From Candidatus Aminicenantes bacterium (GTDB lineage: Bacteria; Acidobacteriota; Aminicenantia; Aminicenantales; Aminicenantaceae), in NCBI GenBank assembly GCA_014859315.1, contig JACUUK010000002.1, forward strand, positions 1 through 54,740: 54,740 nucleotides of DNA. Direction: 5' to 3'. How positions within the stretch are numbered: position 1 is the first letter of the stretch; each line of letters opens with the position of its first letter. Both the position numbers and the translations under genes were made by a program. Under the pieces are notes generated by a model. That model was given only the letters and a program-made list of their open reading frames with translations. It searched no databases and was not told the DNA's origin. This document shows, piece after piece, positions 19,087-27,870 of the stretch.

Positions 19087-20115
19087 TTATTTTTCGCGAT
19101 AAATATTGATTATATCTTTCAACAAAGCTGCAGCCGCACCTCTTGGGTCTGATTTCCCTCCTGTAACAGTCACAGAATCCATATTATCTGTATAGAATGT
19201 CATACCCTTTTCAGTTCCATTTACCATATAAAGAGGATGAGAAGAATCAAGAATAGATAAAGCTACTTCGAGTCGAACTTTATGCCCATTTTTCAAGATT
19301 TTTCCAAGCAACTTCAAATTCTTTCCCTTTTTCTGGCTTTCGTTCTTTATTTCTTGTGGAATCGAGGTGATTCCTTCTCTTTTGACATCCTGTAAGCGTA
19401 ACCCTGTTCCATATACAGCATTTGCAATCAATAGAATTTTAGACGCTGTATCCCAGCCCTCTACATCAAGGCTTGTATCTGGCTCTGCAATCCCTTTTTC
19501 CTGCGCTTCTCTTAAAGCTTCTGAATATATCAGCCCTTCCATCATTCTGGTAAGGATATAATTGGTTGTGCCATTGAGAATTCCTTCTGCCCGGTAGATT
19601 TCTGTCCCAGCAAGAGAATATAGCGCTACATCCAGTGTTGGAAGAGCTGCTCCTGTAGCTCCGCTTATCTTCAAAGTCACCTTATTTTTTCTGGCTTTTT
19701 TTATCAACCCAGCAAAATCCACCACTAAAGGCCCTTTATTGGCTGTAACAATGTTCCATCCTGTCTCCATGGCTTCCCGAATGATTGTTAATGCTGGCTC
19801 TCCATCTTTTATATTGGATGGCGTACATTCCGCAAGTACACCTGGGTCAACGGAACTCAAAGCTTGCGTATAACTAAAACCGGGTTTCCAATACTTGCTT
19901 TCTTCAAATGTAAACTCCGGATATAATTTCCTCAAAATTTCCTGAGAGTCTTCACATAAAGGACAACAAAAGGCCCCTTTACTGCTAAAAATAAAAGGCA
20001 CTTTTAGGTTCAAGCGGTAGTGCTTTAAACAGAAGTCCTTTTTCTCATGGACAACCCGTAGAAATGCCTTCCCCACATTTCCTGCACCAACAAGAATAAT
20101 GTTGATATTTTTCAT
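19087..20115 (-). CDS. hom: Homoserine dehydrogenase (short form without ACT domain)
   Basis: 342 aa with an N-terminal NAD-binding motif (LVGAGNVGKAF) and the GILNGTTNYILTRM block typical of homoserine dehydrogenase. Confidence 0.8.
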   Translation of the reverse strand: MKNINIILVGAGNVGKAFLRVVHEKKDFCLKHYRLNLKVPFIFSSKGAFCCPLCEDSQEILRKLYPEFTFEESKYWKPGFSYTQALSSVDPGVLAECTPSNIKDGEPALTIIREAMETGWNIVTANKGPLVVDFAGLIKKARKNKVTLKISGATGAALPTLDVALYSLAGTEIYRAEGILNGTTNYILTRMMEGLIYSEALREAQEKGIAEPDTSLDVEGWDTASKILLIANAVYGTGLRLQDVKREGITSIPQEIKNESQKKGKNLKLLGKILKNGHKVRLEVALSILDSSHPLYMVNGTEKGMTFYTDNMDSVTVTGGKSDPRGAAAALLKDIINIYREK

Positions 20116-20183
20116 GTCTATTTTATAAGCAATGTTCTAAACTGTAAAATACTATATCAAGCACTTGAAAGTAGAATATGAAA

Positions 20184-20272
20184 CGGAGAGGGTGGGATTC
20201 GAACCCACGATTCTGATATCTCAGAATAGCGATTTTCGAGACCGCCGCCTTCAACCACTCGGCCACCTCTCC
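20184..20272 (-). tRNA. tRNA-Ser (anticodon CGA), CCA not encoded
   Basis: The reverse complement begins GGAGAGGTGGCCGAGTGG. Anticodon stem GCGGT/ATCGC with loop CTCGAAA, long variable arm TTCTGAGATATCAGAA, and the same T arm as the other tRNA-Ser. Confidence 0.95.
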
Positions 20273-20297
20273 AGGTTTTTTATATTAAACAGGATGT

Positions 20298-20816
20298 TTA
20301 CCGTTTCGATTTGAAAAAACACTTCAAAATTCTACCGCATTCATCCGCTAAAACTCCTCCTTTAGTTTCAACATGATGATTCATCTTATATAAAGGAAAA
20401 CTCATTATAGATTCTACAGCTCCCCATTTGGAGTCATGCGCTCCAAACACAAGCCTTCGTATTCTTGAATGAACAATAGCACCCATACACATAGGACAAG
20501 GTTCTAATGTGACATAAAGGTCAAAATCATTAAGACGGTAATTCTTTATTTTCTTGCAGGCTTCCTTTATTGCTAAAATTTCTGCATGAGCAGTTGGGTC
20601 ATTTCTCGAAATAGTTTCATTGTGTGTATGACATAAAATCTTATCCTTGTAGACCATAACCGCTCCAATTGGGACTTCGTCCTTATTCAACGATTTTTCT
20701 GCCTCAACCATGGCAAGGCGCATGAAATATTCATCATTTTTAACTTGATCCATCGGAGTTCGATTGTACCTTTGTTCACAGAAATTTACAACCCTACCCC
20801 CCTTCTCATCCTGCAT
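20298..20816 (-). CDS. tadA: tRNA adenosine(34) deaminase
   Basis: CDA-fold zinc motifs HAEILAI and PCPMCMGAI. The true start is probably internal (MDQVKNDEYFMRLAM at about 20753), because the first 21 codons have no SD and are not TadA-like. Confidence 0.9.
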   Translation of the reverse strand: MQDEKGGRVVNFCEQRYNRTPMDQVKNDEYFMRLAMVEAEKSLNKDEVPIGAVMVYKDKILCHTHNETISRNDPTAHAEILAIKEACKKIKNYRLNDFDLYVTLEPCPMCMGAIVHSRIRRLVFGAHDSKWGAVESIMSFPLYKMNHHVETKGGVLADECGRILKCFFKSKR

Positions 20817-20870
20817 AATCTATAAAGCTCTTATAGAGCTTATCACGTATATCTCTTCTTCTCTTCTCAT

Positions 20871-20904
20871 TCCTCACTCTTTACTATTTACTCCTCACTC
20901 TTTA
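20871..20904 (-). repeat. Two phased copies (21-bp period) of the GAGTGAGGA repeat family, degenerate form
   Basis: On the plus strand, TCCTCACTCTTTA occurs at 20871-20883 and again at 20892-20904. The reverse complement, AAAGAGTGAGGAGTAAATAGTAAAGAGTGAGGAATGAGAAGAGAAGAAGAGAT, aligns with the repeat flanks at 25366-25410 and 25524-25552. Confidence 0.7.
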
Positions 20905-20942
20905 TCATATATACGAAGATATTATTTTTTGGAGCACAAAAC

Positions 20943-22142
20943 ATGGAGCATCTTGAATGTGTTTTCTGTAACCGGCATTATTCACTCAATATTTTCAATC
21001 CATTTTGCCCTGATTGCCGTGAGCCACTTCTCTTTCCAATTGTTACAAGGGAGGAAAAAATCCTCTTTGATAAATCAGAATCACTGGAAAAATTCATAAA
21101 TTTTCTTCCGATTGAACAACTGGATCAAAATCTTTTTTTAGGAGAAGGAAATACCCCTCTCCTCCCCCTTCAGAATTTGATGAGCAAATTCGACCTTCCT
21201 CTTCTATATGCCAAAGATGAATCCAGGAATCCAACTTTAAGCTTCAAAGATCGAGGCACAGCCGTGGCAATTCAGAAAGCTGTTTCTTTGAACATAAGTA
21301 AAATAGGGACAGTCTCTGTCGGGAACATGGCCTCTTCTACGGCTGCATACGGAGCAAAAGCCGGACTTAAGACATATGTATTCGTCGAAGAAGCGGTTTC
21401 TCAAGAAAAGCTTCTTTCAACATGCATTTACAATCCTTTCCTGATTCAAGTCAAAGGTGACTATGGAAATCTTTTTGAAAAGAGCTTTTCTATTGGAAAA
21501 AAACATGACATTTATTTCATGAATTCTGTCGACCCTTTCAGGATCGAAGGGTATAAACTTGCAGGATTAGAAACTTTTATTCAGTTAGGCCAGAAAGCTC
21601 CTAAATATGTTTTTGTCCCTGTTAGCTCAGGAGGCCATTTAATTGGCTTGATGAAAGCTTTTCGTGATTTAAAGAGCAGAAATTTAATCCAAGAAATCCC
21701 AAAATTTATCGGCGTTCAGGCTGATCGTTGCTCTCCTTTAGCCAAAGCATATCGCTCCGGAAAATTCAGCTTCGAAAGGATCCGCAATCCTCAACCCATT
21801 CCATATGCTATATGTAATCCCAATCCTCCTGGCGGCAACATTGTCCTCAAATGGATTCGCCAGAACAACGGAATAATTACGGATGTATCTGATGAAGAAA
21901 TTTTCCATGCACAGAGATTATTGGCTGAATATGAAGGAATTTTCTGCTTACCTGCTTCTGCTGCAACATTGGCAGGATTTCTGAAACTTTCTAAAAATCT
22001 TGATTTAACGCAAAATAATACAACTGTGCTTGTCCTTACAGGAAGTGGATTAAAAGGGTTGAAATTATTGAATATCTCAAAAACACGCATCTTTCATTCC
22101 ACAATTTCCACTCTTGAGCACACAATTCGACAAATTGTTTAG
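20943..22142 (+). CDS. thrC: Threonine synthase (PLP-dependent) with an N-terminal zinc ribbon
   Basis: 399 aa with a CxxC...CxxC N-terminus (CVFCNRH..CPDC) and the PLP-lysine block LSFKDRGTAV. The fold-type II layout with a GSGLKG loop is present. hom lies nearby. Confidence 0.8.
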   Translation: MEHLECVFCNRHYSLNIFNPFCPDCREPLLFPIVTREEKILFDKSESLEKFINFLPIEQLDQNLFLGEGNTPLLPLQNLMSKFDLPLLYAKDESRNPTLSFKDRGTAVAIQKAVSLNISKIGTVSVGNMASSTAAYGAKAGLKTYVFVEEAVSQEKLLSTCIYNPFLIQVKGDYGNLFEKSFSIGKKHDIYFMNSVDPFRIEGYKLAGLETFIQLGQKAPKYVFVPVSSGGHLIGLMKAFRDLKSRNLIQEIPKFIGVQADRCSPLAKAYRSGKFSFERIRNPQPIPYAICNPNPPGGNIVLKWIRQNNGIITDVSDEEIFHAQRLLAEYEGIFCLPASAATLAGFLKLSKNLDLTQNNTTVLVLTGSGLKGLKLLNISKTRIFHSTISTLEHTIRQIV

Positions 22143-22345
22143 ACAAACACTTATCTATTGACATCAAAATTGCTTCATATAAATTTCTTTTTTCTTTATA
22201 TATTTCTTTATATAGTTTAGTTTTGTAGCAATCATCACTCACCAAACTCTTGTCAAGTTATTTAAAAATCTTCTTCTATGATGATTTGATTCGGGGTATT
22301 GACATTATACGGGTTTGATGCGAAAATTTTATTCATATTTTTCAT

Positions 22346-22423
22346 GGTGAGCGTAGCTCAACTGGTTAGAGCATCGGACTGTGGATCCGAAGGTTGGGGG
22401 TTCGAGACCCCTCGCTCACCCCA
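22346..22423 (+). tRNA. tRNA-His (anticodon GTG) with encoded G-1 and CCA
   Basis: G-1 followed by acceptor GTGAGCG/CGCTCAC. Anticodon stem TCGGA/TCCGA with loop CTGTGGA, T arm GGGGG-TTCGAGA-CCCCC, and discriminator C plus CCA. Confidence 0.95.
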
Positions 22424-22495
22424 CCTTATTGTCTGTGTTTTCAGCCAAACATCTTATTTCAAATGATTGATAGACTTAGAGATAAGGTTTCAATT

Positions 22496-22849
22496 TCATG
22501 AATATTTTTTTATTCCTTTCCAGGTCACATGATAGCGTTTGACTACCTGGTAACCTTCATCATCTTCTTCAATTATGTAGAGTTTGCCTTTTTTGCAGAG
22601 AACTGGGTCCTGCCGAAGAGGGACTTTAGCAATGTAACGCCCTTGCGTGTCAAATACATCAAAATAATGCTCTCCCCCGTCTCCTGCCTTCTCCCAGGTC
22701 TGAACAAAGACTCATCCTTCATCGTCAAGGAAAAACCGTCGAAAAGCTGAATGATAGTCGGAAGACATGAGCTTCATTTGAGGAGGAACATCTTTTATCT
22801 GCTCTTCTTTTTCTTCATCTGTGATTTCTACAGGGTCATATTTTTTTAA
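22496..22849 (-). pseudogene. Remnant of the C-terminal roughly 115 codons of a beta-propeller-like protein, interrupted by an in-frame TGA
   Basis: The minus-strand frame reads LKKYDPVEITDEEKEEQIKDVPPQMKLMSSDYHSAFRRFFLDDEG*VFVQTWEKAGDGGEHYFDVFDTQGRYIAKVPLRQDPVLCKKGKLYIIEEDDEGYQVVKRYHVTWKGIKKYS*. There is no N-terminal part and no usable start. The in-frame TGA is at 22712-22714. The blade-like pattern (D.EG.v.V, FD..G.yi) is my own impression only. Confidence 0.5.
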
Positions 22850-23063
22850 TTATTCCAAAAAGGGACTTGTTTTTTATAGAAAGATTCTAATAAAATAGAA
22901 TAAGTTAATAATGAGAATTTGCTTATCATAAAATGAGAATTAATCAGAATCTTTTTGTTTCTTCATTCTTTCATCCTCATTTTTTCAAAAGATCCATAAT
23001 TCCAAAGAAGAGGCAATAAAAATAGGTGCAGAAAAATATATTTAGGTAGATAGGGAGAAAAAG

Positions 23064-23339
23064 ATGTCTTTGACAAGAGAATTAGAGGAATTATATAAAA
23101 AAACAATGGAAGAAGCCAAAAAGCAGTTGGACACCATTGATGAGGAAATGGAAAAAGAAATTCAAAAAACAAGAACGATTTTAGCCCAAATCCAGGAATC
23201 AAAACGGGCTTTTCAGCACATCTATGAAGGAATTGCAGAGCTTTTAGGAATTGAAGTTGAAACTAATGAGGAAAAAGATGATGAACTCGCAGCCAAAGAA
23301 AAAGGCGATGAAGCAAAAAATATAGAAGAGAATGACTAA
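23064..23339 (+). CDS. Small acidic coiled-coil protein, function unknown
   Basis: 91 aa. The ATG is preceded by GGGAGAAAAAG. The sequence has a heptad-like E/K-rich pattern and is followed by a hairpin plus T-run at 23353-23375. Confidence 0.5.
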   Translation: MSLTRELEELYKKTMEEAKKQLDTIDEEMEKEIQKTRTILAQIQESKRAFQHIYEGIAELLGIEVETNEEKDDELAAKEKGDEAKNIEEND

Positions 23340-23352
23340 ATACAGGTAGAGG

Positions 23353-23375
23353 AAGGATAAAAATCCTTTCTTTAA
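23353..23375 (+). terminator. Weak rho-independent terminator candidate
   Basis: AAGGAT (23353-23358), AAAA loop, ATCCTT (23363-23368), then TCTTTAAAAT. It starts 14 nt after the stop of the 91-aa ORF. The stem is short and AT-rich. Confidence 0.35.
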
Positions 23376-23559
23376 AATCGAATATTTTTCAATAAAAAAA
23401 ACCCATTCTTCACTCAAACCATTAACGTAAATCATAAGCGGTAATTCTTTTTATTTGACCGAGAAGCATTTCTCTGCTATATAAAAAAATTCTATATATT
23501 TTCTCTGAAACTTAAAAAATGTTTTTTTTAGGGGAAAAATTGAATTATGCTGGTTCATC

Positions 23560-24474
23560 ATGACAGAATCAATAGCAGCAATACAAAATTTCGGCTACCT
23601 TGGAGAATCTTTAGCTCTTGTATCTGCCTTCATATGGGCTGTGGCAATTATCCTGTTCAGAATCAGTGGAAAGACTGTTCATCCCGTCGGCCTGAATTTT
23701 TTCAAGAACTTCCTGGCTCTCATTCTCTTTACCATTACGATTTTGGTCATTAATAAAAGTTTTTTTCCGAAAGCTCCCTGGGAGAGCTACACATTACTAC
23801 TCTTCAGTGGAGTCTTAGGCATGGGTCTTTCAGACACTCTGTTTTTTGCAGCTCTTAACCGGCTTGGAGCAGGCCTTTCAGCAATAGTCAATTGCACTTA
23901 CAGCCCTTTTGTCATAATTCTTTCAACAATTTTTATTGCGGAAAAAATGAGCCCTATTCAGTTATTAGGAGTTGTTTTTATCGTTTCAGCCGTCTTGACT
24001 ATTTCACAAAAAAAGCTGCATAAGCATATATCAACAAAAGACCTGATTACAGGAATTTATCTTGGAATAAGCGCCATGTTAGTCCAGGCAGTAAGCATTG
24101 TGATGATAAAGCCCCTTCTAAACAATTCACCTCTCTTATGGGCGACACAGGTCCGCACAGCAGGTGGATTAGTGTTTTTGTGCTTGGTTCTTTTTTTCCA
24201 TCCTAAACGACTGGCCATCTGGAAAGACATGTTTCCTCAAAAGACCTGGGTTTATATGGGAACAGGCACTTTTCTTGGGTCTTATATAGGCCTGGCATGC
24301 TGGATGGGAGGAATGAAATTTACTCAAGCGTCGGTGGCTTCGGCTTTAAATCAAACAAACACTATTTTTGTGTTTATATTGGGAATGATAATTCTCAAGG
24401 AAGAAGCTACAAAAGGAAAATTTTTAGCTCTTTTCTTAGCGATTTTAGGCGTGCTTCTTGTGACTTTTCTATAA
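23560..24474 (+). CDS. EamA/DMT-family transporter (second copy in the window)
   Basis: 304 aa with about 10 TM helices and the duplicated EamA architecture. Confidence 0.75.
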   Translation: MTESIAAIQNFGYLGESLALVSAFIWAVAIILFRISGKTVHPVGLNFFKNFLALILFTITILVINKSFFPKAPWESYTLLLFSGVLGMGLSDTLFFAALNRLGAGLSAIVNCTYSPFVIILSTIFIAEKMSPIQLLGVVFIVSAVLTISQKKLHKHISTKDLITGIYLGISAMLVQAVSIVMIKPLLNNSPLLWATQVRTAGGLVFLCLVLFFHPKRLAIWKDMFPQKTWVYMGTGTFLGSYIGLACWMGGMKFTQASVASALNQTNTIFVFILGMIILKEEATKGKFLALFLAILGVLLVTFL

Positions 24475-24563
24475 AAATATTCATAGTTTGAATTATATTA
24501 CTTACAAAGGTAAATATACTATATATAAATGACAAGTCAGAAAAAGAGAAAACAGGTGATGTT

Positions 24564-25358
24564 TTGAAGATGAAAAATTTCATTCTGTGGCTTCTTGCTT
24601 TCCTTATCACTTTATTTACAGCAGTATATCAGCGGCTCACAGGTCCAACCTATCCTGTCCGGGGAAAAACACATGTTGCAAACTGCACAATAAAGTACAC
24701 GCTTGCGCGCACACACGAAACTCATAAGGATTATGAAATAAAGATTGCAGTCTGCAATCCAGAAATTACTGGGCATGTGCTATACAAAAGGTTCAAAACA
24801 AAAGATCCCTGGACTCGAGTCCAAATGAAAAAGACAGAAGATAATTTTTTAATTGCCTATCTTCCATCTGAACCTCCTGCGGGCAAGCTGGCTTACAAAA
24901 TAATCCTCACATATAAAGAGGAAGAAGTATCTTTATCAGGGGAAGACCCTGTCGTAATCCGCTTCAAAGGCTCAGTCCCAAGCAGCATTCTCATTCCCCA
25001 TATTATTTTTATTTTCCTTGCTATGCTTTTCTCAACAAGGGCTGGATTAGAAGCTCTCAGGCCGCAGAGAAATCCCCGCAAACTTGTTCTTTGGACAACA
25101 GCACTATTGTTTGTTGGGGGAATGATTTTTGGCCCTCTTGTGCAACATTTTGCTTTTGGCGCTTTATGGACTGGATTTCCACTTGGCTACGACCTTACAG
25201 ACAACAAAACTCTCATTGCGCTTATTGGTTGGGTCATCGCATTAATCGCAGGACGCCATGGACAGCCTGCACGGAAATGGGTTTTAGGGGCGTCGATTCT
25301 ACTTGTTGTTGTCTTTCTCATCCCTCATAGTCTCTTAGGCTCTGAATTGAAATATTAA
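24564..25358 (+). CDS. Integral membrane protein of unknown function (N-terminal anchor, soluble beta-rich domain, four C-terminal TM helices)
   Basis: 264 aa and clearly hydrophobic at both ends. I recognise no motif. The likely start is the ATG at 24570. Confidence 0.55.
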   Translation: MKMKNFILWLLAFLITLFTAVYQRLTGPTYPVRGKTHVANCTIKYTLARTHETHKDYEIKIAVCNPEITGHVLYKRFKTKDPWTRVQMKKTEDNFLIAYLPSEPPAGKLAYKIILTYKEEEVSLSGEDPVVIRFKGSVPSSILIPHIIFIFLAMLFSTRAGLEALRPQRNPRKLVLWTTALLFVGGMIFGPLVQHFAFGALWTGFPLGYDLTDNKTLIALIGWVIALIAGRHGQPARKWVLGASILLVVVFLIPHSLLGSELKY

Positions 25359-25374
25359 CCAATAAACAGTGAAC

Positions 25375-25390
25375 AGTAAGGAGTGAGGAG
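25375..25390 (+). repeat. 16-mer AGTAAGGAGTGAGGAG, copy 1
   Basis: Perfect 16/16 match to 25537-25552 (same orientation) and to the reverse complement of 47184-47199. Confidence 0.9.
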
Positions 25391-25397
25391 TAAAGAG

Positions 25398-25518
25398 CAA
25401 GAAGAGATTGCCGCGCTCCTTACAGTCGCCCGCAATGACAAGAAGAGGGATATGCTTGCTAAAAAAGAGTTAGGAGCTGCCCCTCTCATTGGGAGGAGCG
25501 CAGTGACGTGGCAATCTC
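25398..25518. repeat. GC-rich composite inverted repeat: two GAGATTGCC...CAATGA units in opposite orientation forming a long interrupted hairpin
   Basis: 25404-25419 (GAGATTGCCGCGCTCC) pairs with 25495-25501 (GGAGCGC) plus 25510-25518 (GGCAATCTC). An inner pairing joins AGAGGG (25444-25449) to CCCTCT (25481-25486). The 9-bp direct repeat CAAGAAGAG occurs at 25398-25406 and 25439-25447. Confidence 0.8.
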
Positions 25519-25536
25519 ATAAGATAAATAGTAAAT

Positions 25537-25552
25537 AGTAAGGAGTGAGGAG
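25537..25552 (+). repeat. 16-mer AGTAAGGAGTGAGGAG, copy 2
   Basis: Perfect match to 25375-25390. It is preceded by the tandem AATAGTA AATAGTA. Confidence 0.9.
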
Positions 25553-25559
25553 AGATGGG

Positions 25560-27506
25560 TTAGAAGGTGATTTTAAACTCTGTAGCTCCATCCTTCGCAA
25601 GTTCAATTGTCCCCCGTAACTGTTTCACAAGATCTGTAAGCAACTGCATGCCAAGTGTTTTAGTATTTCTTAAATCCAATTCCTCTGGAAAACCTATTCC
25701 TGTGTCTTTAACAATGAGGATATATTTCCCATTTTCCATGAACATTTTTACTTCGATTTTCCCTTGCATTCTATTTGGAAAAGCATGCCTTAAGGAATTC
25801 GAAATAAGCTCGTTTATTATCAACCCGCATGGAATAGCTTTATTAATATCAAGAAAAACATCATCCACATCGATTTCAAATTCTATGCGCTCTTTTCCAC
25901 CCTCATATATCGAAAATAAATGTGTCATGAGCTTTTCTATATATTTCGAAAAATCAATCCTTGCAAAATCATTTGATTTATAAAGAGATTCATGTATTAG
26001 AGCTATCGACCTTATTCGACTTTGGCCAACATTACACATTTCAATGAAATCTTCGCTCTTACTTTGTCTTGCTTGGAGACGAAGCATGCTTGAGACGATT
26101 TGCATATTGTTTTTCACTCTATGATGAATTTCCTTTAACAGTACCTCCTTTTCTTCAAGTGAAGACCTGACCTGCTCCTCTGCCTTTTTTCGTTCTGTTA
26201 TATCCCTGTATATAGCTACAGAGGCCACTACTTCCCCATCAACAATGATAGGCATTGCAAGTACAGACACATCTATCATTGTCCCATCTTTCCGCTTCCG
26301 CACAGCTTCGAAAGCTACATTTTCCTCTGTATAAATTTTTACAGAGATTTTTTCGGCTTCATCACGTTTTTTTTCATGACCCACAATTTCGTCAAGATAT
26401 CTGCCTTTGATTTCCCTCTTTTTATACCCGAATAATCTTACAAACTCCTTATTCACACTAATGATCTTTTCCTTTTTATCAGCCAAAACAATTCCCTCTT
26501 GTATATTTTCAAAAAACTGTTTCAAGTAAGCTTTTTCAACCCGAAGATTTTTCTCTGCTATTTTCCTGCCTGTAATATCTTTGCTAATTCCCACTAATCC
26601 TTTAAGGATTCCTTTTTCATCAAATAAAGGGTACTTATATGATTCAAAATAGATTTTTTCACCTTCATGGTTTATTGACTCCTCTTCACAGCATATGAGC
26701 TTTCGTTTCTTTATCACTTGTTTATCGCTTTTTCGGCAATACTCCGCAAGGTCTGAAGGGAGTATTTCCTTATCTGTTTTGCCAATGATTTCCTCCTTCT
26801 TTAGCCCCACGAAATTCTCATATGCTTTATTCACAACAATATTTCGCCCATGAAGATCCTTAAAATAAATAATATCTGGAATATTATCAATAAGCATGCG
26901 GAGTTGGCTTTCACTTGTTTTTAGAGCTTCCTTTGCAAGTTTGGTCTGAAGATGCAACTCTGCATTCTGAATCGCACTTGAAGCAGCATAAGCATAGCTT
27001 TTGATTATATTTAAATCTTCTTCATCAATATCTTTCCGAACGCTTGTAAGAAACATACCCCCGAAGACCTCATCTCCTTTTTTTAATGGAACAACCATGC
27101 AAGTCTTCATGTTTCCGAGCTTTTGAAGTCCTGAGCAAGCTTTTTTAGAAATCAAGGGATGAATCACGTCAACAAAGCTATGTTCAACAAGCAGCCGGCC
27201 TTCCAAAGCAGCTTTTATCCCTTCGCATAATCGAGGGTCAGCCGGAAAGGAAAACTTCGGTAAGGAAAAGCCCAATATTTTATTTATCATGGAGAGAAAG
27301 CCTCTTTTCGCTGCGGTACCCTTTACTTCAAATATATTTCTTCTCTTATCCAACATCCCAACAAAAGCTGTTGTACACCCTAATGACTGGACGGCTCCTT
27401 CCTTCATGATTGTGCGAAACACTTCTTCAAGATCCAATGAGCTGTGCATAGCTTCTGTTATTTTTTGAAGGGCTTTAAGTCTTACACAATAATCTTTTAA
27501 TTCCAT
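25560..27506 (-). CDS. Cytoplasmic sensor histidine kinase: GAF, two PAS domains, HisKA_2-type dimerisation domain, HATPase
   Basis: 648 aa with no TM segment. The H-box EIHHRVKNNMQIVSSMLRLQ is of the HisKA_2/HWE-like type. N-box LIINELISNSLRHAF and G-box VKDTGIGFP are present. No response regulator is adjacent. Confidence 0.85.
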   Translation of the reverse strand: MELKDYCVRLKALQKITEAMHSSLDLEEVFRTIMKEGAVQSLGCTTAFVGMLDKRRNIFEVKGTAAKRGFLSMINKILGFSLPKFSFPADPRLCEGIKAALEGRLLVEHSFVDVIHPLISKKACSGLQKLGNMKTCMVVPLKKGDEVFGGMFLTSVRKDIDEEDLNIIKSYAYAASSAIQNAELHLQTKLAKEALKTSESQLRMLIDNIPDIIYFKDLHGRNIVVNKAYENFVGLKKEEIIGKTDKEILPSDLAEYCRKSDKQVIKKRKLICCEEESINHEGEKIYFESYKYPLFDEKGILKGLVGISKDITGRKIAEKNLRVEKAYLKQFFENIQEGIVLADKKEKIISVNKEFVRLFGYKKREIKGRYLDEIVGHEKKRDEAEKISVKIYTEENVAFEAVRKRKDGTMIDVSVLAMPIIVDGEVVASVAIYRDITERKKAEEQVRSSLEEKEVLLKEIHHRVKNNMQIVSSMLRLQARQSKSEDFIEMCNVGQSRIRSIALIHESLYKSNDFARIDFSKYIEKLMTHLFSIYEGGKERIEFEIDVDDVFLDINKAIPCGLIINELISNSLRHAFPNRMQGKIEVKMFMENGKYILIVKDTGIGFPEELDLRNTKTLGMQLLTDLVKQLRGTIELAKDGATEFKITF

Positions 27507-27692
27507 TTTGCTCGGTCTTTTCCCTCATTATTTTTATCACGAAACACCTTAATCATAGTTTTTAAGGCAAACTCTATCAAAATTATATATATTATTCAAT
27601 CATCTTGTACGATGAATCAGGGGAGATTCTTTAGAAATCCCTGAAATCTTTCAAATAGATATGCTATAAGAAATAAACCATGAAAAAAAGAG

Positions 27693-27764
<72 letters not shown>

Positions 27765-27870
27765 TCATTGAAATTAATTTGAAATTAATTAAAATAATAC
27801 CTTCATGTTATGTATAGATTATAATTAATAAAAACAATATGGACTGTCAAGGATTACGAGTCACTAAAAA

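Noticed and set aside
22712-22714. In-frame TGA as evidence of stop-codon reassignment or selenocysteine
   Set aside because: TGA clearly terminates bona fide genes in this window (smc at 31354-31356, htrA at 39594-39596). The surrounding fragment lacks a start and an N-terminus, and no SECIS-like context or redox motif is present. A pseudogene is the simpler explanation.
22529-22750. 73-aa plus-strand ORF downstream of tRNA-His
   Set aside because: It lies antisense to the propeller-like gene remnant, whose translated sequence is far more protein-like. It has no SD.
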